Assembly (NCBI GenBank): GCA_037133475.1
Contig: JBAXOB010000015.1
Span: 9,460 to 73,459, forward strand
Source: Bacteroidota bacterium
GTDB lineage: Bacteria > Bacteroidota > Bacteroidia > Bacteroidales > FEN-979
Direction of reading: 5' to 3'
DNA: 64,000 nt
Shown: positions 24,835 through 33,544 of the stretch, one piece after another
Layout of the letters: each line of letters starts with the position of its first letter
How positions within the stretch are numbered: the stretch's first letter is position 1
The notes under the pieces: model-generated
Databases searched by the model: none
What the model was told of the DNA's origin: nothing
What the model saw: the letters and a program-made list of their open reading frames with translations, nothing else
Made by a program: the position numbers and the translations under genes

Positions 24835-27219
24835 ATGAATTTCAGACAAATTGCATTTATCGCAGCAGGTTTTTCATCCCTTTTATGGAGCTGCACATCC
24901 AACAACGACCTTCCCATTGCAAAGGAGCCCCAGATGGTGAAACTGGCGGCGCCCGTCAGGATCAATGCCGACTCAACCATCATTGTCCTGGCCGATTACC
25001 TGGTAAGGCCAAAGCAGATCGATTCGATCAAACTTGACAAATCGCTTTCTGCCGACATTTCTGCCGATTCAACGCTGCTGGTCGTCAAGCCGAACGACAA
25101 GGACTTCCCGAAACTCTCGGTATTGAAAATATGGTCAAAAGGATTCGCCTATTCCCTGTTGCTCGAAAAATCAACCAGGATGAAATACCGGTTTGCCTTT
25201 GATCCGAAGAATAAGAAATACAAGCATGTGCAGATCAAAGGGCAGATGAACGACTGGAACCCCTCGGCAGGATACCTTTATGAAAAGGAGGGTACCTGGC
25301 ATATAGAATTCAACCTGTTTCCCGGCCGGTACCAGTATAAAATCATTGCCGACGGGAAAGAGATGTCGGATCCGCGCAATCCCGATTCGGTATCGAACAA
25401 CAACGGCGGTTTCAATTCCCTGCTGACCGTTGGAATCCTCAATCCTGCCGGGTTGCCGACGCTCATTTCACAAAAATCTGATGGCCGTAAGATCACCCTT
25501 GGCATGAAGGCCAAAGCTGATTCCATCTTTGTTTTCTGGCAGAACTACCTGCTCGACAAAAAATTCTGGAAACGCGACAGTGCCGGCATCACCATTGAAG
25601 TTCCGCGTAAGGCAAAGGAGACGGTCCGCAGTTTTATCCGTGTTTATGCCTTTAACAATGCCGGGATCTCCAACGAGATGCTGATCCCGCTGCAGGAGGG
25701 AAACGTGTTGACCGATGCCGGCAAGCTCACCCGTGCCGACAGGGAGGCGATGGTGCTCTATTTCCTGATGGTCGACCGTTTTAAGAATGGTTCAAAGGCC
25801 AATGATGCCCCGATAAAAGATAAGGATATCGACCCGCGGTTGAATTATATGGGGGGCGACCTTGCCGGGATCACCAGCAAGATCGAGGACGGTTATTTTA
25901 ACAAGCTTGGGATCAACACCCTGTGGATTTCGCCGATCACCCAGAATCCATTGCAGGGGTTTAATGAGTTCCCCGCCCCACACCGCAAATTCTCAGGGTA
26001 TCACGGCTACTGGCCTATCACCCTTACCACCGTCGACACCCGCTTCGGCACCTCCCAGGAGCTCCACAAACTGGTTGAAACGGCCCACAGCCAGGGAATC
26101 AATGTTATTCTTGACTTTGTATCGCATCATGTCCATGAGAGTTACCCGGTTCTCAAACAGCATCCCGACTGGATCACACCTGTCGACCTGCCCGGGAAAC
26201 GCAAGAATATCCGTATGTTTGACGAAAACCGGCTGACAACCTGGTTCGATATTTTCCTGCCCACCTTCGACCTGACCAAGCCTGAAGTAGCCTCCATGGT
26301 CTCCGACTCGGCAGCCTTCTGGATCAGGGAATACCACCTCGACGGCTTCCGTCATGATGCAGCAAAACATGTTCCCGAAAACTACTGGCGGATGCTGACC
26401 CAAAAACTAACCCAACAGGTTGTAATTCCTGAAAACCGCGGTGTCTTCCAGATCGGCGAAACTTTCGGAAGCCGCGAACTTACCGGCAGCTACGTCAATC
26501 CCGGGATGCTCGACGCCCAGTTTGAATTCAACCTGTATTGGGATGCAAAAGCCTCGTTTTCAATGGATAACACCTCCTTCCGCGACCTGAACTATTCGCT
26601 GCAGCAGAGTTTCAGCTATTATGGCGAGCATAACCTGATGGGCAACATCACCGGGAACCAGGATATGGCAAGGTTTATCTCCTACGCAAGCGGCGCACTG
26701 AGCCCCAATGAGGATGCCTCCGCAGCCGGCTGGAACCGCGATATCCAGGTAAAAGACACCACAGGGTACCGGAAACTCGCCATGCTGGAGGCCTTCAATA
26801 TGACCGTCCCGGGAGTTCCGGTGATCTATTATGGCGATGAGTTTGGGATGGCCGGAGCCGGCGATCCCGACAACCGCAGGATGATGAAGTTTGACAGCCT
26901 GAATAAAAATGAGCAATATCTAAAATCGGTTACCTCGACGCTGATCCATCTCCGAAGCAGCAACCTTGCCCTGGTATATGGCGACTTTACCCCGCTTAAG
27001 GTCAATGAAAAGGTGTTTGTTTACCAGCGTGCCTATTTTGACAAGGTCGTCATCGTGATTTTCAACAAAGACAAATCGTCAAGAAAGATCGATTTTGATC
27101 TGCCGGAACGCATTAAAGGTGCGGTGTTTGCCGCTAAATTCGGAAACAACGTCAGTGTAAATAAAGGCAGGGCAAGCGTGACCCTGGCCGGCAACTCCTT
27201 TGAAATCATTACAAATTAA
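24835..27219 (+). CDS. GH13 alpha-amylase-family lipoprotein with N-terminal Ig/CBM48-like modules
   Basis: Lipobox SSLLWSCTS. CBM48-like block: VQIKGQMNDWNPSAGYLYEKEGTWHIEF..YQYKIIADGKEMSDPRNP. GH13 regions: GGDLAGITSKIEDGYFNKLGINTLWISP, DFVSHHV, LDGFRHDAAKH, QIGETF, GNQDMARF. Confidence 0.85.
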   Translation: MNFRQIAFIAAGFSSLLWSCTSNNDLPIAKEPQMVKLAAPVRINADSTIIVLADYLVRPKQIDSIKLDKSLSADISADSTLLVVKPNDKDFPKLSVLKIWSKGFAYSLLLEKSTRMKYRFAFDPKNKKYKHVQIKGQMNDWNPSAGYLYEKEGTWHIEFNLFPGRYQYKIIADGKEMSDPRNPDSVSNNNGGFNSLLTVGILNPAGLPTLISQKSDGRKITLGMKAKADSIFVFWQNYLLDKKFWKRDSAGITIEVPRKAKETVRSFIRVYAFNNAGISNEMLIPLQEGNVLTDAGKLTRADREAMVLYFLMVDRFKNGSKANDAPIKDKDIDPRLNYMGGDLAGITSKIEDGYFNKLGINTLWISPITQNPLQGFNEFPAPHRKFSGYHGYWPITLTTVDTRFGTSQELHKLVETAHSQGINVILDFVSHHVHESYPVLKQHPDWITPVDLPGKRKNIRMFDENRLTTWFDIFLPTFDLTKPEVASMVSDSAAFWIREYHLDGFRHDAAKHVPENYWRMLTQKLTQQVVIPENRGVFQIGETFGSRELTGSYVNPGMLDAQFEFNLYWDAKASFSMDNTSFRDLNYSLQQSFSYYGEHNLMGNITGNQDMARFISYASGALSPNEDASAAGWNRDIQVKDTTGYRKLAMLEAFNMTVPGVPVIYYGDEFGMAGAGDPDNRRMMKFDSLNKNEQYLKSVTSTLIHLRSSNLALVYGDFTPLKVNEKVFVYQRAYFDKVVIVIFNKDKSSRKIDFDLPERIKGAVFAAKFGNNVSVNKGRASVTLAGNSFEIITN

Positions 27220-27229
27220 CAAAATCCGT

Positions 27230-28588
27230 ATGAAAACCATTACATTCTTTGCATTAGCCATGGTACTTTCCTTCACAGCCTGCAAACCCAAACATGCAGC
27301 CGAAAATGCCGGTCCGGTGCAACATGCCGGCTGGAGCAGCCGTGCGACCATTTACGAGGTCAACATCAGGCAATACACCCCTGAAGGCACGTTGAAAGCC
27401 TTTGAAAATGAACTGCCGCGATTGCAAAGGATGGGTGTAGATATCCTCTGGCTGATGCCCGTCAACCCGCTGGGGGTAAAGAACCGGAAAGGTTCGCTGG
27501 GAAGCTATTATTCTGTTAAGGATTACCTCGCCGTCAATCCCGAATACGGCACCAAAAAGGACCTGGCCGACCTTGTTAAAAAAGCGCATGAACTGGATAT
27601 GAAGGTGATCCTCGACTGGGTGGCCAATCACACCTCGTGGGACAACCCACTGATTACCCAGCATCCTGACTGGTACAAAAAAGATGCGGCAGGGAATATC
27701 ATTCCCCCTGTCAAGGACTGGACCGATGTTGCAGCGCTGGATTACACACAGCCCGGTTTGCGGAAATACATGACCGATGCCCTGGCCTACTGGATCAGGG
27801 AAACCGACATTGACGGCTACCGCTGCGATGTTGCGGGGATGCTGCCCGTTTCTTTCTGGCATGAGGCCATTCCCGAACTCAGGAAGATGAAACCTTTGTT
27901 TATGCTGGCGGAGGATGAATCGCCGAAAATGCACGATACCGCCTGTTTCGATGCCACCTATTCATGGCAGGTGTACCATCTGATGAATGATATTTATGCC
28001 GGGAAGGCCACCCCCGACAAATTTGATTCCCTGCTGGCCGATGAATCCAGGCGGTTCCCCAAAGATGCCTACCGGATGCGGTTTATCACAAACCACGATG
28101 AGAATTCATGGAATGGAACTGAATACGAGAGGTTGGGAGATGCGGTGAAGGCTTTTTCCGTTCTTTCGTTTACCTTACCTGGTATTCCGCTGATTTACAC
28201 AGGCCAGGAATCGGCAATGAACAAGCGGCTGCGCTTCTTCGATAAAGATACTATCCGTTGGGGTGGCTATTCCCTGGCATCGTTCTATGTTAACCTGACC
28301 CAATTGAAGAAGAAAAACAAACTCATTGCGGCAGGCCAGGAGGGTGGCGCATTTCTCAAGGTCAAAACCACCAACGATAAAGCAGTCTACGCATTCCTGC
28401 GTAAAAAACCACACCGGCAGATGTTCGTCATCCTGAACCTTTCACCCGCATACCAGGAGGTTCAGCTGGAGGGCACTGATTTTGTTGGTCAATACCAGGA
28501 GGCCTTTTCGGCTAAAAACAAAGAATTTAAGACGGGAGATAAAGTAAAATTAGCTCCCTGGGAGTATTTCGTTTACGAAACGGAATAA
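27230..28588 (+). CDS. GH13 alpha-amylase lipoprotein
   Basis: The start was set at the ATG at 27230 (MKTITFFALAMVLSFTACKP lipobox). GH13 regions: YEVNIRQYTPEGTLKAF...MGVDILWLMPV, LDWVANHTS, IDGYRCDVAGM, MLAEDE, FITNHDEN. Confidence 0.9.
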   Translation: MKTITFFALAMVLSFTACKPKHAAENAGPVQHAGWSSRATIYEVNIRQYTPEGTLKAFENELPRLQRMGVDILWLMPVNPLGVKNRKGSLGSYYSVKDYLAVNPEYGTKKDLADLVKKAHELDMKVILDWVANHTSWDNPLITQHPDWYKKDAAGNIIPPVKDWTDVAALDYTQPGLRKYMTDALAYWIRETDIDGYRCDVAGMLPVSFWHEAIPELRKMKPLFMLAEDESPKMHDTACFDATYSWQVYHLMNDIYAGKATPDKFDSLLADESRRFPKDAYRMRFITNHDENSWNGTEYERLGDAVKAFSVLSFTLPGIPLIYTGQESAMNKRLRFFDKDTIRWGGYSLASFYVNLTQLKKKNKLIAAGQEGGAFLKVKTTNDKAVYAFLRKKPHRQMFVILNLSPAYQEVQLEGTDFVGQYQEAFSAKNKEFKTGDKVKLAPWEYFVYETE

Positions 28589-28648
28589 ACCCTTTCCGGA
28601 TGCTCCTGCGGGTTTTTCCACAGGAACCGGCTTTCAGCTGCAATCCAT

Positions 28649-30433
28649 CTAATTTTTCGTTGCGGTTACCGTCCAGATCTCCGTGGCTGCCTCAATTTTC
28701 AGCACCATGGTAAAGTTACCGGAAGAGACGACTCTGAAGTTCCCTCCATCATTGGTAAAGTAAGAAGCGGCAGGCCCTGCCATCGTTACCTGGGGATAAC
28801 CGATATAGATCCCTGACCAGTCGTACCCCTGCCTGAATTTAAAGTCATGGTAGCCGATGAAATTTATATTATAGGTCCAGGTATAGTTGGTGCCCGCCAC
28901 TGCCGGGAGGGTGGTGCCAAAATTTTCATCCCAGTTGGCTTGTGTGCCATCCAGTTTCAGATAGCAATCCCCGATGATCCCCATTTGAACGTTTGTATAA
29001 TCAACCGGGGGAATCGACCCTATTTTGATAAGGGTTGCAGAATAGGCTGAACCAACCGTGTAAGTAAGGTTACAGGTATAGATTCCGGGATCTGAATTAT
29101 AGATATTTATTCCCCCGGGCACCAGGGCATTCACGGCCCCGCCAAAGTTCGTATTTACCGATATGCCTTTATGCCCGCCGCCAAGGTCAACAATGGTGTC
29201 GAGATATACCATCCATCCATTTGAATAGCGGAATTTCCAATCGTCACGTAATAACGTCAGGTTTGAGATGCTCCACGACATCGAGGTTGGGTTGAATGAA
29301 GATTCTGTCATGTCGGTGGAGATACCCCACCCAGAGGGGGTGGCCGCACCGATCATTCCCCAGTGGACCGGGACAATTGCCACCTTACGGACGATATAAT
29401 CGATGGTCACATGGTACATCCCGGTGATGGGAACGGTCCATTTGGCCGTCGTTTCCGTACAGGGTCCCCGCTGAAAGGAGACGGTTGGCTCATTAACATT
29501 CGGATTCGTCACAAAGCCAAATCCCGATCCCGGGCCAAAGGTAACCTGGTTTGAACCGGCAACCTGGACTATGTTGAATCCTGCCGAACCAGCCTGGATC
29601 GGTATATAAAGCTCCAACAGCGAGGTACGGGGGGTTTGTACCACCTCGTTGATTGCAACTTTCATGATCGCGCCGGGATTGAGCGTAGGAAAAGCTGTAA
29701 CGGCTCCCTTGACATAGAACCCATCAACCAATACAACAGGCAACATCTGCAGGGTATAGCTCGTGTTTTGGACAGGGACATCCTTTATGGTTTCATCGTA
29801 AAAGCCATTGGCAGCAGCTGTGTACGACAATGAATCGCCCAGATGATAAACGAATACGGAAGATGCCATGGATTTGGCAGGGATTATGTTTTTTTGTGCA
29901 ACAAAGCCTGCATACCGGATTTCATCCCTGCCAGTTCCGCTTTGACAATTGACCAGTTTTGCTGATTTTGAAACCGTGCCGTCAAAAACGGTCAGGATCT
30001 CCATTTGGGCAACCGAGCCGGTGACGATGAACTTATGCCGTCCGGCATTGAATTCCCCGCTGTATTCAGCTGCGACGATTCCCCGCGAATTGCAAAGCCT
30101 TAAATGCAGGTTTGCCCTCCTGGCAACTTCGAGGTACACCGTAGCACTGCCATTGAACGGGTTAGGCTCAACAGGCATCAGGGTAAAGGTTACGCCACCC
30201 TGCCCTGAAAGTTCATTGATTCCCAAAGAATTTTTCATGACAATGGAGGGATTGCCTCCATAGAGGGTGGTATCGCAACCCCGTGTCAGGTTCCTGACCA
30301 GCACGCTTTGCAGCAAAATGGTGGCCTGTGTCTGTGAATTTTTCCCTGAAAAGGTGAGGGTGATGGTGTTTGCCTGAAGAAGGAACGGAATCAGGCATAC
30401 CGAGATTTTGAATAATAAACGGAATGTTTTCAT
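28649..30433 (-). CDS. SusE/SusF-like surface glucan-binding protein with extra N-terminal module
   Basis: The ORF-track start is GTG, so I prefer the ATG at 30433 (MKTFRLLFKISVCLIPFLLQA). The C-terminal roughly 370 aa are collinear with the 30783..31994 protein, with more than half of positions identical by eye (e.g. VHWGMIGAATPSGWG / VHWGLIGAATPGGWS). It lies downstream of susD in a starch PUL. Confidence 0.7.
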   Translation of the reverse strand: MKTFRLLFKISVCLIPFLLQANTITLTFSGKNSQTQATILLQSVLVRNLTRGCDTTLYGGNPSIVMKNSLGINELSGQGGVTFTLMPVEPNPFNGSATVYLEVARRANLHLRLCNSRGIVAAEYSGEFNAGRHKFIVTGSVAQMEILTVFDGTVSKSAKLVNCQSGTGRDEIRYAGFVAQKNIIPAKSMASSVFVYHLGDSLSYTAAANGFYDETIKDVPVQNTSYTLQMLPVVLVDGFYVKGAVTAFPTLNPGAIMKVAINEVVQTPRTSLLELYIPIQAGSAGFNIVQVAGSNQVTFGPGSGFGFVTNPNVNEPTVSFQRGPCTETTAKWTVPITGMYHVTIDYIVRKVAIVPVHWGMIGAATPSGWGISTDMTESSFNPTSMSWSISNLTLLRDDWKFRYSNGWMVYLDTIVDLGGGHKGISVNTNFGGAVNALVPGGINIYNSDPGIYTCNLTYTVGSAYSATLIKIGSIPPVDYTNVQMGIIGDCYLKLDGTQANWDENFGTTLPAVAGTNYTWTYNINFIGYHDFKFRQGYDWSGIYIGYPQVTMAGPAASYFTNDGGNFRVVSSGNFTMVLKIEAATEIWTVTATKN

Positions 30434-30782
30434 GGTCAAATCAGTTAGGGTGAATACCACTTTTCAGTTGTATGATATATTCAGGAAAAACAGAAGTTGA
30501 GTCTAAAAAACCATCATCAAAAGATGCAGAAATCATTCAGTTTCCGATTGAGTAAATATACATAAAAATAGAGGATTATACCATATGAAAAAAAAATTAT
30601 TCAATAATACATAACAACTCCTGATCTGATTGAAGATCATAACAAAAAGCCCTGCATAGTATCCCTGGCAATTCAAGGCACTTTCCGAGAAGGTGCGAAA
30701 GGCAAACCGGTAAAAAAAGAGGGATATCCCGTTAGCCGGAATACCCCTCCTGAAAAAGGTAAAGTGCAGTTTCCTGCAGCGA

Positions 30783-31994
30783 TTAATTCTTTGTTGCTGT
30801 AACGGTATAGGTCTCCGTGGCAGCTGCAATTTTCAGCACCAGGGTATAGTTACCGGCAACACCAACTTTGAAGTTTCCGCTGTCATTTGTAAAATTGGCA
30901 GCTGCACCACCAGCCATCGTAACATCAGGGAAACCAATAGATTTACCTGACCAGTCATCACCTTGCCTGAATTTGAAATCCTTGGCGGCAATGAGGGTAA
31001 TGGTATAGGTCCATGTGTAGTCGGTACCGGAAACGACAGGTAATGATTTACCATAACTTTCGTCCCAATTTGCCTGGGTACCATTCTGTTTCATGTAAGA
31101 ATCGCCGATGATGTCCATCTGGTACTGTGAGTAGTTGATCGGGGGAATGTCACCTGTTTTGGTAGCTGTAATGGTATATCCACTGCCCAGTTTGTAGGCA
31201 AAAGTGATCGTGTAGATACCGGGAGCGGCATTTACGATGTTGGCACCACCCGGAACCAGGGCTGCCAAAGTACCACCGAAGTTGGTATTGACCTTAACGC
31301 CTTTGCTGGCACCCAATACGACATTGGTATCAATTTCGACCTTCCAGCCATGGGAATAGCGAAGTTTCCAGTCACCTTTCATCAGTTTGAAACCTGTGAG
31401 GGTCCACGACATATCAGTACTGTTGAAGGCTGATTCGGTCATCATGGTATCATTTGACCATCCGCCCGGGGTTGCAGCGCCAATGAGTCCCCAATGTACG
31501 CGCATGATGGCAACTTTGTTGAGGGAATCATCGATGACAACATGGTAGAAACCGTCGGCAGGCACTGTGAACACACCAGGATTGGTCGTAGTAGCAGGAC
31601 CGCGCTGGAAAGCAACTTTAGGCTCATCCGTGGTGGGGGTGGTAACAACACCAAAACCTGTACCAGGACCGTAAGTGGTCTTAACTGAACCGGCAACCTT
31701 CATGATGTTAAATCCGGCAGCACCTGCTTTTAACGGGATATAAAGTTCCATCAGGTGAGCACGTGTAGACTGGGTCACTTCATTACGGGTAACCGTCATC
31801 ATAGCTTTAGCATTATAGTCAGTAAAAGGGGCAACGGCTCCCTTTACATAAAACCCGTCAAGGACGATGACAGGGGGGGTAACGGTGGGGGTTGTGCTGT
31901 CGCTGCTCTTTTTGCAGGAGCTCGTCCCGATTACAATCATTACCAATGCAAGCATGGCCATGATCATTGAAAATTTCTGAAATCTGTTTTTCAT
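30783..31994 (-). CDS. SusE/SusF-like surface glucan-binding lipoprotein
   Basis: Lipobox VIGTSSCKKSS. Beta-rich sequence with repeated aromatic blocks (IGAATPGGW, GDWKLRYSHGWKVEID, FKFRQGDDWSGKSIG) typical of SusE/F CBM-like domains. It lies immediately downstream of susD. Confidence 0.7.
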   Translation of the reverse strand: MKNRFQKFSMIMAMLALVMIVIGTSSCKKSSDSTTPTVTPPVIVLDGFYVKGAVAPFTDYNAKAMMTVTRNEVTQSTRAHLMELYIPLKAGAAGFNIMKVAGSVKTTYGPGTGFGVVTTPTTDEPKVAFQRGPATTTNPGVFTVPADGFYHVVIDDSLNKVAIMRVHWGLIGAATPGGWSNDTMMTESAFNSTDMSWTLTGFKLMKGDWKLRYSHGWKVEIDTNVVLGASKGVKVNTNFGGTLAALVPGGANIVNAAPGIYTITFAYKLGSGYTITATKTGDIPPINYSQYQMDIIGDSYMKQNGTQANWDESYGKSLPVVSGTDYTWTYTITLIAAKDFKFRQGDDWSGKSIGFPDVTMAGGAAANFTNDSGNFKVGVAGNYTLVLKIAAATETYTVTATKN

Positions 31995-32041
31995 AACGAT
32001 TTGGTTTAATTGTGAAACTTAGGTTTATAAAATTTATTGTG

Positions 32042-33532
32042 TTATTTGGTTGGTGGTTGTAAAAGATTACTGTTGGCGTCGGTTGCCCATTTCGGGATCG
32101 GGAATGTTCTGAATTCAGTTCCATGGGCTGCCTTTTCCCACCATGCGTTTTCCCATTTCCCGTAACGGATGAGATCCTGGCGGCGGTGTCCTTCGCAATA
32201 GAGTTCCCTGCCGCGTTCGGCGAGAAGCTGATCAAGCGTAGCGCCTGTCCATGCAGCCACATGAGCCCGCGTACGGATCGGGTTGATCCATTGGTCGCCG
32301 CTCCTGCCCTGCCTGATCGCGCATTCGGCCTTCATCAGGTAAAAATCTGTCAGGCGGAAAAGCGGGAAGTCGTTGCTCAGGCTTTCTTTTGCCCCCATTT
32401 TGATCTCATATTTCCCGACCCGGGCTCCTGAACAGCGGATCTGTTGCGGGGTCAAAGGAGATTGCATATTTAAGGCCGGAATATGCGGGGTGAGATCCAG
32501 CGGAAGATGTGTTTCCCCATCATAGATAACACCACCTGTAGCAGCATACTGCAAACCATAAAGGTTATAGGCAGCGCGCCTGAGGTCGGTGGAATCATAG
32601 GAATCCCAGAAGGTGGGTACGATACAGAAGCCATTCCACGGGCCAACCGTCATGTTGTATTTCAGGTTCATCTGGTAATGCAGGGTCCTCATATGGAGAC
32701 GGAATCCTGTGAAGTTGTCCTCATCATAAGGAATAGAGAAAATAATTTCACTGGAATTCTCATTATTCGTTTTAAATGGTTCAGAGAGGTCGGTGGCCAG
32801 CGAGTATGGTCCGGCAAGAACGCTGTCGCAACAGGCCTCAGCTTCCGCCCAATGAGCCGTACCAGTGTAAACCTCTGCGTTGATATAGAGTTTGGCAAGC
32901 ATTGCATAGGCCGAATATTTGGTCATCATGTATTTCTTGTCAATACTTTTAAGGCTGGGTAATGAATGTTTGATCGTAGCCACGAGGCTATCCCATAACA
33001 CAGCTCTTTTGACTTTATACGGAAAAGCGGGTGCGTTTGCGGCGCTGGTAAGATATGGAGCATCGCCGTAATTATCGATCAGCAGGTAATAGTAGAAGGC
33101 CCGCATCGTTTCCACTTCCCGTTTCTTGGCGACAAGGGCAGCATTCTGAGGCAGGGAGTTCATCAGGTCGAGGGTCTGGTTGCAGGTGGTAATACCGGTC
33201 CAGAACAGCGACCACATCCGGTTCACACCCTCGTCACCGTTGGTCCAGGTATGCTTATGCATGTTGATCCATTTTCCGCCGTCGTACCAGTCGCCGCCGC
33301 GTGTGGGGGCGCAAAGTTCGTCGGAAGAAATTTCCTGTGCCAGGAACCACCATCCGTTATCGTCGGCCATATCCTGAAGTTTCTGATAGGTCACCACGCT
33401 CAGGCTGGCAACCTGGGCGGGAGTTTCGGGATAAAGATTCCCCGGGATTTTATCATAAATCTTCTCATCAAGTTTGGTGCATGAAAGAGTAGCAACTGCG
33501 ATCATGCAAAAAATCAAATATTTAACTTTCAT
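32042..33532 (-). CDS. susD: RagB/SusD family nutrient-binding outer-membrane lipoprotein
   Basis: Lipobox AVATLSCTKLDEKIYD. TPR-like helical body. C-terminal RELYCEGHRRQDLIRYGKW is typical of SusD. It starts 12 nt after the susC stop. Confidence 0.9.
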   Translation of the reverse strand: MKVKYLIFCMIAVATLSCTKLDEKIYDKIPGNLYPETPAQVASLSVVTYQKLQDMADDNGWWFLAQEISSDELCAPTRGGDWYDGGKWINMHKHTWTNGDEGVNRMWSLFWTGITTCNQTLDLMNSLPQNAALVAKKREVETMRAFYYYLLIDNYGDAPYLTSAANAPAFPYKVKRAVLWDSLVATIKHSLPSLKSIDKKYMMTKYSAYAMLAKLYINAEVYTGTAHWAEAEACCDSVLAGPYSLATDLSEPFKTNNENSSEIIFSIPYDEDNFTGFRLHMRTLHYQMNLKYNMTVGPWNGFCIVPTFWDSYDSTDLRRAAYNLYGLQYAATGGVIYDGETHLPLDLTPHIPALNMQSPLTPQQIRCSGARVGKYEIKMGAKESLSNDFPLFRLTDFYLMKAECAIRQGRSGDQWINPIRTRAHVAAWTGATLDQLLAERGRELYCEGHRRQDLIRYGKWENAWWEKAAHGTEFRTFPIPKWATDANSNLLQPPTK

Positions 33533-33544
33533 AGATAACAGATA

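Noticed and set aside
30461-30829. 98-aa ORF 30533..30829 in the spacer between the two SusE/F-like genes.
   Set aside because: It overlaps the 3' end of the upstream gene, has low-complexity Phe/Arg-rich sequence, and lies in an AT-rich intergenic region that more likely holds a promoter.
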